In this document: positions 28,254-37,430 of the stretch, in pieces
How the letters are laid out: each line of letters begins with the position of its first letter
How positions within the stretch are numbered: the first letter of the stretch is position 1
From: a virus
IMG/VR virus record: IMGVR_UViG_3300035670_000025
DNA length: 64,000 bases
Reading direction: 5' to 3' (one strand)
Notes under the pieces: generated by a model
Told to the model about the DNA's origin: nothing
Seen by the model: the letters and a program-made list of their open reading frames with translations, nothing else
Database searches by the model: none
Translations under genes and position numbers: made by a program

Positions 28254-29960
28254 ATTCTTATATTTTCTAAAATCCGATGGCAAAATTTTCTGTCTACGGG
28301 AAACATGTTTACGGAAATCCAACTTAATTCTCATAATAATACTTTAATTTGTGGGGTCAATGGTTCTGGAAAAAGTACTTTGATTGATGCGATAACATTT
28401 GTTCTTTTTGGAAAATCGTTTCGTAATATAAACAAACCACAATTAATCAACAGTACAAATTCTAAAAATATGTTGGTAGAAATAGAATTTTCTATCAATG
28501 GAAACAAATACATAGTTCGTCGTGGAATGAAACCAAATATATTTGAAATCTATCAAAACGGAACTTTGATAAATCAATCAGCAGACAGTAAAGATTATCA
28601 ATCAATTTTAGAAAAAACAATTCTTAAAATGAATTATAAATCATTTTGTCAGGTTGTTGTTCTTGGTTCTGCAAACTTTACTCCGTTTATGCTATTACCA
28701 GCAGCACAAAGAAGAGCATTTGTTGAAGATTTGTTGGATATACAAATATTCACAACCATGAATGCTTTGCTTAAAGATAAAACAGCAGAAAACAAGTTTG
28801 AGATCACAGATTGTGATACCAAAATCAAGATTGCAGAAAATACTTTAGAAGTGAATAAAAAGCATAGAGAACGTGCTTCTCGTGATATCATGGAATTAAT
28901 TTCTCAAAAAGAAACATTGATTAAAGAAACTCAATTAGAATTAGATACTCACAATTCTGAGTTCTCTTCCTTGGAAATTAAAAGCAATCAATTACAGTCA
29001 AAAATAAGCAAGAACAGGCAGAAAAATAAGAATGCACTGGATAAGGCATACAATATGAGAACTGCCCTAGAATCTAAATTAAAGGGCAATGAGAAGGGTA
29101 TTGCATTCTATCAGGGAAATGATTCTTGTCCCACCTGTGAACAACATATTACTTCTGATTTTAAAGATAAGAAATTGCTTGATATTTCTACAAAGAAAGA
29201 AGAAAACGAATCTATTCTCAAAGAATTATCAGAAAAGATTTCAAAACTGGAAAAGAATCAAGAGCAAATTATTTCATGGGCAGATGAATTACAACAACTA
29301 AACAAAGAACTTATTGAACTTTCTTCTAAAATTAATTTCTGCATGAAAGTAATTTCTTCATATGAGAAAGATATCAAAGATTTGAACAATAATTCGTTGG
29401 TCGAAATTGATGATACAGAAACTATTAATAAATTGAATTATTTGAAAAAAACAAAAGAACATCTTTTTGCTCAAAGAGAACTATATAATGTTGGTCTCGT
29501 TTTGTTGAAAGATGGTGGAATTAAGGCAAAAATTATCAAACAATATATTCCAGTTATCAATCAGATGATTAACAAGTATTTGGACGATATGGAATTTTTC
29601 TGTCAATTTACTATTGATGAAACCTTTGAAGAAAAGATAAAGTCCAGATATAGGGATGCTTTTACCTTTGAATCTTTTTCTGAAGGAGAAAAAATGAGAT
29701 TGAATCTTGCTATTCTTTTTACATGGAGAGAATTGGCAAGAATGAGAAATTCAGCAGCAACGAATCTTCTAATACTTGATGAAATCATGGATTCTTCTTT
29801 AGATTCATCTGGTACTGAAGAATTCATTAAAATTGTTCAATCGTTAACAAAACGAAATAATGTATTTGTTATTAGTCATAAGACGGATCAAATACAAGAA
29901 CGATTTGAAAATATTATTAGATTTGAAAAGAAAAAGAACTTTTCAAAGATTGTAGAATAG
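28254..29960 (+). CDS. gp46: recombination ATPase gp46 (Rad50/SbcC-like); likely ATT start
   Basis: NFLSTGN, GVNGSGKST, CPTC hook, FSEGEK, LILDE; GGAGG 8 nt before ATT 28254. Confidence 0.95.
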   Translation: MLIFSKIRWQNFLSTGNMFTEIQLNSHNNTLICGVNGSGKSTLIDAITFVLFGKSFRNINKPQLINSTNSKNMLVEIEFSINGNKYIVRRGMKPNIFEIYQNGTLINQSADSKDYQSILEKTILKMNYKSFCQVVVLGSANFTPFMLLPAAQRRAFVEDLLDIQIFTTMNALLKDKTAENKFEITDCDTKIKIAENTLEVNKKHRERASRDIMELISQKETLIKETQLELDTHNSEFSSLEIKSNQLQSKISKNRQKNKNALDKAYNMRTALESKLKGNEKGIAFYQGNDSCPTCEQHITSDFKDKKLLDISTKKEENESILKELSEKISKLEKNQEQIISWADELQQLNKELIELSSKINFCMKVISSYEKDIKDLNNNSLVEIDDTETINKLNYLKKTKEHLFAQRELYNVGLVLLKDGGIKAKIIKQYIPVINQMINKYLDDMEFFCQFTIDETFEEKIKSRYRDAFTFESFSEGEKMRLNLAILFTWRELARMRNSAATNLLILDEIMDSSLDSSGTEEFIKIVQSLTKRNNVFVISHKTDQIQERFENIIRFEKKKNFSKIVE

Positions 29961-29968
29961 GAGACCTA

Positions 29969-30385
29969 ATGATAAGAATAGCATTAGCAATAGTATTAGC
30001 ATTTTCAACCCCAACAATAGCAGAACCATATAAAGTATTACGGGTGTTGGATGGGGATACTGTAGAAATAGAAGCAAAATTTTTACCAAAAGAATTGAAA
30101 CAAACTTTGCTTCTCAGAATTTCTGGTATTGATAGTCCAGAAATTGGAGGAAAAGCAAAATGTCCAAATGAAAATAAATTAGCACAAGAAGCAAAATCTT
30201 TTGTTATTACAGAAATTAATAAAGCAAAAGTGGTTGACATAAAACTTATAAAATGGGATAAGTATGGAGGCAGAATAGTTGGAGATGTTTATGTAGATGG
30301 TATTTTGTTGAGTAAGAAATTGATTGCAATGAAACTTGCAGTTTCATATGATGGAAAGAAAAAACCAGATTGGTGTAACAAATAA
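29969..30385 (+). CDS. SNase-like thermonuclease with signal peptide
   Basis: Hydrophobic N-terminus; VLDGDT, RISGIDSPE, DKYGGR. Confidence 0.85.
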   Translation: MIRIALAIVLAFSTPTIAEPYKVLRVLDGDTVEIEAKFLPKELKQTLLLRISGIDSPEIGGKAKCPNENKLAQEAKSFVITEINKAKVVDIKLIKWDKYGGRIVGDVYVDGILLSKKLIAMKLAVSYDGKKKPDWCNK

Positions 30386-30396
30386 GGATTAAAAAA

Positions 30397-30885
30397 ATGC
30401 ATTATCGTATTTTTAGAGACATTTTATTTGCACTAGCATTGACATTTTTAGTTTTTGTTATTTTTACAACAAAACCCGCAAGAGCACAAATAGATTGTTT
30501 TCCAAATTGTTTTTCTTCTGAAACAAGTCAACAAAAACTTGTAAAGGTGAAGCAACAAAAACTTGCAAAAAAGAAAAGAATCAGAACAGTTGCAAGAACA
30601 AGAAATGTAGATTCTTCTGGGTTAGCATCCTATTATTGGCAACCACAAAGAGTTGCTTCAGGAGGATGGTTTAATCCAAATGCATTGACTGCTGCACATA
30701 GAACCTTGCCTTTTGGAACAAGAGTTAGAGTTACAAATGTAAGAAATAATAAGTCTGTAATTGTAACAATCAATGACCGTGGACCTTTTATTAGAGGAAG
30801 AATTATTGACTTATCTCTTGCTGCTGCTAAAGTGATTGCGATGACAAAATCGGGAGTGGTTCCTGTTAAAATTGAAAGGGTATAA
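30397..30885 (+). CDS. rlpA: RlpA-like lytic transglycosylase (DPBB domain)
   Basis: N-terminal TM/signal; ASYY, TAAHRTLPFGTRVRVTN, INDRGPF, IIDLS. Confidence 0.9.
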   Translation: MHYRIFRDILFALALTFLVFVIFTTKPARAQIDCFPNCFSSETSQQKLVKVKQQKLAKKKRIRTVARTRNVDSSGLASYYWQPQRVASGGWFNPNALTAAHRTLPFGTRVRVTNVRNNKSVIVTINDRGPFIRGRIIDLSLAAAKVIAMTKSGVVPVKIERV

Positions 30886-30886
30886 T

Positions 30887-31123
30887 ATGGATTATGAAAC
30901 AGCAGTGAAAGCAGAAACAATTCTGGAAATGAAAGATAGATTTCTCAAAACTGTTATTGATGTCATGAAAATGCATGGAGACGATAAAACAGGATTGCCA
31001 ATGATTTCTGCTTCAATTGTTATGTTTGTACAAGAATTGGATAGATCAATACATCCAGGATTTTCTTTAATTGTTTCTGAACAACTCATTTCTGATGTAA
31101 GAAAGAGAAAAGATAATGGATAG
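30887..31123 (+). CDS. hypothetical protein
   Basis: ORF packed in the operon. Confidence 0.55.
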   Translation: MDYETAVKAETILEMKDRFLKTVIDVMKMHGDDKTGLPMISASIVMFVQELDRSIHPGFSLIVSEQLISDVRKRKDNG

Positions 31124-31610
31124 TTTGGTAAGACAATTAGTTCCTAGTACAGATGAAATCTTATTTAAGAAAACGGAGAGATTTGATTTTTCAAATCCTC
31201 CTATTCATCCATCTGAACTGGCACACATTTTAGCACAAACTATGATTGCTAATAATGGAATAGGATTAGCAGCACCTCAAGTGGGTCTACCTTATAGAGC
31301 ATTTGTTATGACAGGTAAACCTATCACGTGTTGTTTTAATCCTATTATTGTTGATATTTCTTCAGAAGAAATATATTTGGAAGAAGGGTGTTTAACTTTT
31401 CCAAATTTGATTGTTAAGGTCAAAAGACCTAAGATGATTAGAGCAAGATATACTAATCCAGACGGGCAAACTGTAACAAATAAATTTATTGGTATGACTG
31501 CAAGAATATTCCAACATGAATTAGATCATTTAAATGGAATTCTATTTACACAAAGAGCAAACAGTTATCATTTAGAACAAGCAAGAAAAAAGAAAGTGAG
31601 GATGAAATAA
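31116..31610 (+). CDS. def: peptide deformylase
   Basis: GIGLAAPQ, EGCLT, QHELDHL. Confidence 0.95.
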   Translation: MDSLVRQLVPSTDEILFKKTERFDFSNPPIHPSELAHILAQTMIANNGIGLAAPQVGLPYRAFVMTGKPITCCFNPIIVDISSEEIYLEEGCLTFPNLIVKVKRPKMIRARYTNPDGQTVTNKFIGMTARIFQHELDHLNGILFTQRANSYHLEQARKKKVRMK

Positions 31611-31903
31611 TGGTTATGACTACATCATCTCTATACGTTGATCCGATACAACCACAAGTTCAACAAGAACAACCAAAGGTAAAATCTGATGGTGGATCTA
31701 CATCATATTATGAATTACCAGATAGTGCAAAAGAACTGAATGATTTGATTGAATACAAGAATATGAATTTTGCATTGGGAAATATATTCAAGGCATGTTA
31801 TAGATTTGGTGAAAAGGATGGTGCAGAAAAAATATATGACTTGAACAAGATTATATATTTTGCAGAGAGATTGAAGACGATGGTTGAAAAAGGACAAGCA
31901 TAA
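31610..31903 (+). CDS. DUF3310-like protein
   Basis: SYY..NFALGNIFKACYR.G.K...DLNK. Confidence 0.6.
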   Translation: MVMTTSSLYVDPIQPQVQQEQPKVKSDGGSTSYYELPDSAKELNDLIEYKNMNFALGNIFKACYRFGEKDGAEKIYDLNKIIYFAERLKTMVEKGQA

Positions 31904-31945
31904 ATACTATCGTGATTATATCAATGATTAAGGAGAAATAATAAT

Positions 31946-32812
31946 ATGGAAATCAAGATTCCCGTTGCAGAATTAAAGAAGAAAAAGTTATTCCTAGCAG
32001 TTCCGATGTACGGAGGAAATTGCAGCGGAATGTTTGCCAGATCGATTGCTGATTTATCTGCAATGTGTGTGCATTATGGTGTGGCATTGCAGATGTATTT
32101 TCTATTCAATGAATCACTAATTCCCCGAGCAAGAAACTATTGTTGTGATGAATTTATGCGTTCTGATGCAACCCATATGATGTTTATTGACGCAGATATT
32201 GGGTTTAATCCACATGATGTTATTGCTCTGCTTGCACTACAATCAGATGAATCCGAATATGATGTTATCGGTGGTCCATATCCCAAGAAGTGCATTGCAT
32301 GGGAAAAGATTAAGATGGCAGTTGATAAGGGATTTGCTGATGAAGATCCAGGTAAGTTAGAAGCATTTGTTGGTGATTATGTTTTCAATCCAAAGGGAAA
32401 TCAAACTTCAATTCCATTAGGACAACCAGTTGAAGTGCTAGAAATTGGCACTGGATTTATGATGATGCGTAGAAAGACATTCCAGACTTTCGTTGAAAAG
32501 TTCCCACAATATTCATATAAACCAGATCATGTTCGTACTGAACATTTTGATGGTTCTCGTGAAATTATGATGTTCTTCCAAGCAGAAATCGATCCAGTTT
32601 CTAAAAGATATCTATCAGAAGATTATTGGTTCTGTCAAAAGTTGCAAGAAGCAGGGTTGAAGACTTGGTTATGTCCATGGATGAAACTGCAACACGTTGG
32701 TACAATGGTGTTTGGTGGATCATTAGTTGATCTTGCAGCATTGGGTGCTAGTGCTACTGCTGATGCTGGACAACTTGATGAAATTAAGAAGAGAAAAAAG
32801 AAGGCGGGTTGA
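31946..32812 (+). CDS. GT-A fold glycosyltransferase-like protein
   Basis: PMYGG, ESLIPRARN, FIDADI (DxD), GTGFMM, YLSEDYWFC; CATAAATA late-like promoter at 31899. Confidence 0.75.
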   Translation: MEIKIPVAELKKKKLFLAVPMYGGNCSGMFARSIADLSAMCVHYGVALQMYFLFNESLIPRARNYCCDEFMRSDATHMMFIDADIGFNPHDVIALLALQSDESEYDVIGGPYPKKCIAWEKIKMAVDKGFADEDPGKLEAFVGDYVFNPKGNQTSIPLGQPVEVLEIGTGFMMMRRKTFQTFVEKFPQYSYKPDHVRTEHFDGSREIMMFFQAEIDPVSKRYLSEDYWFCQKLQEAGLKTWLCPWMKLQHVGTMVFGGSLVDLAALGASATADAGQLDEIKKRKKKAG

Positions 32813-32867
32813 CCGTCTTAATTCCTTCTGATAAGGTGAGTTCCTTTTGCAATGATGGAGATATATT

Positions 32868-33515
32868 ATGAAATTAAACCAGCAAACCATTGCTGTTCTA
32901 CAAAACTTTCAAACTTTGAACCCTTCGATTGTACTAACTCCAGGAAACATTATTAAAACTATGACAAAAACCTCTGTCGCAAAGGCAGAGGTTTCTGATG
33001 TTTTTCCTATGAAAGTTGGTATTTATGATTTGTCTAAGTTTTTGGGTATTCTATCTTTAGATAGGGAATCTGATATAGATTTTCATGATAATCATATGAT
33101 TATTAGACAAGGAAGAAGCAAGGTAAAATATAACTATTGTGATCCTTCTCTGATTCTTTATCCAGAGAAAGAAATGAAGGATTTGCCTGTATATGTTGTG
33201 TTTGATTTGACCCCAGAAATTCTACAAGGGGTTACTAAAGCAATGTCTATTCTTGGATTTTCAGAAATTGAAATCCGTGGAGAAGATGGAGTTTTATCAA
33301 TATCAACAGTTAACACAAAGAATAAAGGTTCGGATGTATTCTCTACAGAGATTGGAGAAACCGATAAAACCTTTTCTGCTATTATTGAATCTGAAAAACT
33401 TAAGTTGATTCCTGCAACATATACTGTATCTTTAAGTAGTGAGGGAAGAGCACATCTTAAGAGTGATGTGGTTGAATATTGGATTGCACTAAGTGTCAAA
33501 TCGGTCTTTGAATAA
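32868..33515 (+). CDS. gp45: sliding clamp gp45
   Basis: MKL...T..VLQNF..LNPSI, GIYDLSKFL, YWIAL; precedes gp44. Confidence 0.9.
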   Translation: MKLNQQTIAVLQNFQTLNPSIVLTPGNIIKTMTKTSVAKAEVSDVFPMKVGIYDLSKFLGILSLDRESDIDFHDNHMIIRQGRSKVKYNYCDPSLILYPEKEMKDLPVYVVFDLTPEILQGVTKAMSILGFSEIEIRGEDGVLSISTVNTKNKGSDVFSTEIGETDKTFSAIIESEKLKLIPATYTVSLSSEGRAHLKSDVVEYWIALSVKSVFE

Positions 33516-33526
33516 GGATTTATATT

Positions 33527-34456
33527 ATGGAACATTATTTGTTTGTAGAAAAGTATCGTCCAAAGACGGTTGCTGAAACCATTCTTCCTGAGAGACTAAA
33601 ACAGACTTTTCTTGATTTTGTATCTCAGAAAAGCATTCCAAATCTGATTCTATCAGGTGCTCCTGGAGTTGGTAAAACTACTATTGCCAGAGCAATGCTA
33701 GAAGAACTAAATTGTGATTATATGATTATCAATGGATCTCTTGATGGAAACATTGATACTCTTAGAACACAAATTAAGGATTTTGCTTCTTCCATGTCTA
33801 TTTCTGGTGGAAGAAAGTATGTAATCCTTGATGAAGCAGATTACCTAACAACTGCCACACAACCTGCACTTCGTAATTTTATGGAAGAGTTTTCGGCAAA
33901 CTGTGGTTTTATTCTTACTTGTAATTTTAAGCATAAGATCATTGAACCTTTGCATTCTCGGTGTTCTACTGTTGAATTTATTTACAGTAAGCAGGAAAGA
34001 TTAGAAATTGCTGCACAGTTCTATAAGAGAATCCGTGACATTTTAACAAAAGAAAACATTGAGTTTGATAAGAATGCTGTTGCTGAAGTAATCAGAAAGT
34101 TCTTCCCAGATTTCAGAAAGATTCTGAATGAACTACAGAAGTATTCTGTATCTGGTAAGATTGATTCTGGTATTTTGACAGACTTTGAGACTGTTCAATT
34201 AAAGCAACTTGTTGGTATGATAAAGGAGAAGAACTTTACGGGCATTCGTAAATGGTCGGTTGAAGCAGAATATGATGATACTACATTATATCGTAAATTG
34301 TATGATACTGCATCTACATATTTCACTCCACAATCAATACCAACTTTAGTATTAATCTTATCAAAATATATGTATCAGGCAGCCTTTGCCGCAGATAAAG
34401 AGATAAATACAATGGCGTGTTTAGTTGAAATTATGTTGGAATGTGAGATGAAATAA
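33527..34456 (+). CDS. gp44: clamp loader large subunit gp44
   Basis: VEKYRP, GAPGVGKTT, ILDEAD, LHSRC. Confidence 0.96.
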   Translation: MEHYLFVEKYRPKTVAETILPERLKQTFLDFVSQKSIPNLILSGAPGVGKTTIARAMLEELNCDYMIINGSLDGNIDTLRTQIKDFASSMSISGGRKYVILDEADYLTTATQPALRNFMEEFSANCGFILTCNFKHKIIEPLHSRCSTVEFIYSKQERLEIAAQFYKRIRDILTKENIEFDKNAVAEVIRKFFPDFRKILNELQKYSVSGKIDSGILTDFETVQLKQLVGMIKEKNFTGIRKWSVEAEYDDTTLYRKLYDTASTYFTPQSIPTLVLILSKYMYQAAFAADKEINTMACLVEIMLECEMK

Positions 34457-34476
34457 TTATTGTTGGGCAAGAACAC

Positions 34477-34650
34477 ATGTCTAAGATGGACAAATACTTC
34501 AAGAGAACTTGTCAACTTTGCGGGAGTGTATATTCTAAGACATTTCCGAATAAGATTAAAGTTAAAACCTCTGATGGGGTTTTAAAAATGAAGATATGTG
34601 ATTCTTGTGCCAACACTCTTGAAGAGATAAAGTTGAAGGATATACAATGA
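34477..34650 (+). CDS. small zinc-ribbon protein (57 aa, not in the ORF track)
   Basis: MSKMDKYFKRTCQLC...ICDSC...; fills the gp44-gp62 gap and overlaps the gp62 start (ATGA). Confidence 0.6.
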   Translation: MSKMDKYFKRTCQLCGSVYSKTFPNKIKVKTSDGVLKMKICDSCANTLEEIKLKDIQ

Positions 34651-35021
34651 CCCCTTTTGATTTTGTGAATGATATTATGTTCAAGAAAGAACATATAATG
34701 GTTGATGAATACCTAGAATCGTTATATGTGCCCTTTGTTTGTAATCGGGCACTTTCTCTATATCCAGATACACTATTTCATGCAAACGAGATGAATATCA
34801 ATCATCATCTGGATAAAAAACTCCAATATGAATACCATTATAACTCTATTCGTAAAAAGAAAAGGTTTGAAAAATGGCCTTGGAAAAAGACATCTGCCTC
34901 TGATGTTGATCTAATTTGTGATGTTTATAAATATAATCGTGTCAAAGCAAGAGAAGTTCTTTCTATTTTGACCGATGAACAATTATCCGAATTGAAAAAA
35001 CAACAAGAAAAGGGCGGATAG
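34647..35021 (+). CDS. gp62: clamp loader small subunit gp62
   Basis: PFDFVN, YVPFVCNRALS, ANEMN, IRKKKRF. Confidence 0.92.
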   Translation: MTPFDFVNDIMFKKEHIMVDEYLESLYVPFVCNRALSLYPDTLFHANEMNINHHLDKKLQYEYHYNSIRKKKRFEKWPWKKTSASDVDLICDVYKYNRVKAREVLSILTDEQLSELKKQQEKGG

Positions 35022-35417
35022 ATGATTGATAAGTTAGTTGAAGTGAAACTAGAAAAGGAACAAGATTTTCTTAAAATAAAAGAAACTCTAACACGAATCG
35101 GTGTTGCATCCAGAAAAGAAAATAAGTTATATCAATCTTGTCATATTTTACATAAACAAGGTAGATATTTTATAGTTCATTTTAAAGAATTGTTTGCATT
35201 AGATGGAAAACAAACCGATTTCTCTGATGATGATAAAGGTAGAAGAAATACAATTGCTGCTCTTTTAGAAGAATGGGGATTGTTGAAACTAATTTCTCCT
35301 GATAAAATTAAAGAACCTAGATCACCATTATCTCAAATCAAAATTCTTTCTTTTAAAGAAAAACCAAATTGGGAATGCGTTGCTAAGTATACAATAGGTC
35401 GTAAAGGCAACTCATAG
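35022..35417 (+). CDS. regA: translational repressor RegA
   Basis: DFLKIKETLTRIGVAS..LYQSCHILHKQGRYFIVHFKELF. Confidence 0.97.
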   Translation: MIDKLVEVKLEKEQDFLKIKETLTRIGVASRKENKLYQSCHILHKQGRYFIVHFKELFALDGKQTDFSDDDKGRRNTIAALLEEWGLLKLISPDKIKEPRSPLSQIKILSFKEKPNWECVAKYTIGRKGNS

Positions 35418-35495
35418 TAATCTGTATACATGTGGTAATTGTGTTAAGTATTAAAGACAACTCATAGTAATCTGTATACATGTGGTAATTGTGTT
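35402..35495. repeat. direct repeat, 44 nt x2, period 50
   Basis: taaag(g/a)caactcatagtaatctgtatacatgtggtaattgtgtt at 35402 and 35452. Confidence 0.9.
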
Positions 35496-35601
35496 GGGTT
35501 GTATCTAAATAATTGAGTTTAGTCCACCATATACAACCTATATATACAACAAATCATATACAACCTATGCTTTTTTGCATACCTTTTATGCAAAAAAGTG
35601 C

Positions 35602-35630
35602 TTGACATTAGGTGTAGGGTTTGGTATTAT
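35602..35630 (+). promoter_or_regulatory. sigma70-type early promoter
   Basis: TTGACA-17-TATTAT. Confidence 0.75.
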
Positions 35631-35636
35631 ACTTGT

Positions 35637-35978
35637 ATGAATAACGGACGCAAACGCAAAGGTCGAACAGACCGCACCCACATCATCTACGAGCTTAACG
35701 TAGAAGGTGATACCTATATCGGCATTACCTTCTTGAGGGATAAATCCGTTCGTAAGTCGATGCATAAACGCATCGGTCAGCATTGGTATAATGCTCATAC
35801 GAGAGGATACTCCTGGAAGCTGTCTAAGGCTTTGCTAAGTCTTGAGACGGTAGAGGATGTTGGATACCGTGTACTGGCAAAGGTTCGTGGTAAAGATGCT
35901 GCTCATTTGATGGAGCGTGAACTTATCGCAGAACTGGAACCCACTCTCAACACGGATATACGAGAAATCGCAGAGTGA
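35637..35978 (+). CDS. GIY-YIG-like protein, probably leaderless
   Basis: HIIY..YIGIT..R..QH..AH..ERELI...PTLN; ATG 6 nt after the -10 box. Confidence 0.7.
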   Translation: MNNGRKRKGRTDRTHIIYELNVEGDTYIGITFLRDKSVRKSMHKRIGQHWYNAHTRGYSWKLSKALLSLETVEDVGYRVLAKVRGKDAAHLMERELIAELEPTLNTDIREIAE

Positions 35979-36002
35979 GGGATTCGTTCCTCACTCTTTT
36001 TT
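35972..36002 (+). terminator. intrinsic terminator
   Basis: agagtgaggga-ttcg-ttcctcactct followed by a T-run. Confidence 0.85.
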
Positions 36003-36017
36003 CATATAGAGGAAACA

Positions 36018-36191
36018 ATGCAAAGTCCATGTATTAAGGTGTGTAAGATTGATCCACACACAGAGATGTGTGTTGGATGTAAACGATATGTTGAAGAAAT
36101 TGAAGTTTGGTCTATCTTGACAGACGAGAATCGTTCTTCTATAATGGAAGAACTAAAGGAGAGATCAGATGAGAAAACAAAAGAAACCTAG
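36018..36191 (+). CDS. DUF1289-like protein (57 aa, not in the ORF track)
   Basis: MQSPCIKVC...CVGCKR..EEI..W; GAGG RBS. Confidence 0.75.
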   Translation: MQSPCIKVCKIDPHTEMCVGCKRYVEEIEVWSILTDENRSSIMEELKERSDEKTKET

Positions 36192-36297
36192 AACAGCATA
36201 TGTTCTTTTTGCTAAAGACACTCCTTTCAAACCAAAGGTAGTGCGAGACAAAACGAAATATACTAGAAAGGTAAAGCATAAAAATGAACGATATTGA
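36169..36297 (+). CDS. small basic ArfA-like protein (42 aa, not in the ORF track)
   Basis: MRKQKKPRTAYVLFAKDTPFKPKVVRDKTKYTRKVKHKNERY; AAGGAG RBS. Confidence 0.55.
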   Translation: MRKQKKPRTAYVLFAKDTPFKPKVVRDKTKYTRKVKHKNERY

Positions 36298-36742
36298 TCG
36301 ACCGAGACGGCCACTGAAAGATAAGTCTTTCGGTGGCAGACACGATAAGTATATGAACATCCTGTCTAAGATGGCAAGTGCAGTTGAACCTGTTAGGCAA
36401 GCACGAATTGCTGCTTGTCTTGTTCTTAAAAATGAGATCGTTTCGTTTGGTATAAATCAAATGAAAACACATCCGTTTCAAGCAATGTATGGTAAGAATA
36501 AAGAGTCTATTTTCTTACATGCTGAAACAGATTGTATCAAAAATGCATTGAGAGAAATAAGTATTGACGATCTAACACGATGCACGTTATATGTATGTAG
36601 AATGAAGTACGAGACAAATGAAAAGAAAAAGTTTGTTTATGGTCTTGCGAAACCGTGTCCAGGATGTGCAAGAGCAATTGCAACTTTTGATATCAAAAAT
36701 GTGTTCTATAGTTTAGACAATAATGGTTATGTGCAATTGTGA
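36284..36742 (+). CDS. cytidine/dCMP deaminase-family zinc protein
   Basis: HAE ... PCPGC. Confidence 0.85.
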   Translation: MNDIDRPRRPLKDKSFGGRHDKYMNILSKMASAVEPVRQARIAACLVLKNEIVSFGINQMKTHPFQAMYGKNKESIFLHAETDCIKNALREISIDDLTRCTLYVCRMKYETNEKKKFVYGLAKPCPGCARAIATFDIKNVFYSLDNNGYVQL

Positions 36743-36748
36743 GGCAAA

Positions 36749-37030
36749 ATGAAAATTCAAATTGAATTAGATGAAACGCAGATGATCCCGTATCTAACAG
36801 AAATGGCAAGAGATCAAATCTGGCATATCAATTATACAATTAAAATGCTACGGAATAATTATACAGATTCTGCATCTCCAATTCATTTGTTTAAAGATTT
36901 GCAAGACTTTTTTGCAACACTTGATGCGACAAATAAGTTACTTGTATATCACGGAGGAGAACCAGTAGAACTGGTGTGTGCTAATGTTGAAGTGGGATAT
37001 GATTTAGACGGAGAACCCTTCAACAAATAG
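36749..37030 (+). CDS. hypothetical protein
   Basis: ORF with GAGG RBS. Confidence 0.55.
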   Translation: MKIQIELDETQMIPYLTEMARDQIWHINYTIKMLRNNYTDSASPIHLFKDLQDFFATLDATNKLLVYHGGEPVELVCANVEVGYDLDGEPFNK

Positions 37031-37086
37031 GCCTTGACATCTGTATTTGTGTGTGCTATATTAGTATCACAATTAGGAGAGACGAG

Positions 37087-37356
37087 ATGAAAACCCAGGT
37101 TAAGATTGTTCCGATCTCTTACCGTTCTGTTATGCATTCCAAGCATTTCAATCTTGGTGTGGATGATGTTGTGAAGAATAAAGGATGGAATATTCTTTAT
37201 GATACTTGGACTGCAAACAAACAGTGGAACTATGAACGTGGTCGTCTTTTTGCAGTTTATACTAAGGGCGGTGTGCCTGTAAAGGGAAACAAAAAAGTAA
37301 CAAGTGAAGCAATTCGTGCAATGTTTGACGGATTTATAGAGAAAGCAATTCTATAA
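37087..37356 (+). CDS. hypothetical early protein
   Basis: AGGAG RBS; upstream TTGACA (37034) promoter. Confidence 0.6.
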   Translation: MKTQVKIVPISYRSVMHSKHFNLGVDDVVKNKGWNILYDTWTANKQWNYERGRLFAVYTKGGVPVKGNKKVTSEAIRAMFDGFIEKAIL

Positions 37357-37392
37357 TAATTACCCTCGGAATTTTATTCCGGGGGTAATTTT
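37357..37392 (+). terminator. intrinsic terminator
   Basis: aattaccctcgga...tccgggggtaatt followed by Ts. Confidence 0.75.
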
Positions 37393-37397
37393 GTATA

Positions 37398-37425
37398 TTG
37401 ACAATGATTCTGAAGTTGCCTATAT
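37398..37425 (+). promoter_or_regulatory. heat-shock (RpoH-type) or sigma70 promoter of hsp20
   Basis: TTGACA ... CCTATAT resembles the alphaproteobacterial RpoH consensus. Confidence 0.55.
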
Positions 37426-37430
37426 ATATG

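Noticed and set aside
28003-28254. gene 60-style ribosomal bypass or intron joining the orphan N-terminus to gp46
   Set aside because: The downstream copy has its own strong SD and a full N-terminus, and there is no stop codon or hairpin right after the putative take-off site
35402-35495. Mini CRISPR array
   Set aside because: Only two copies separated by 6 nt, overlapping the regA end, and no cas genes; this is a simple tandem duplication
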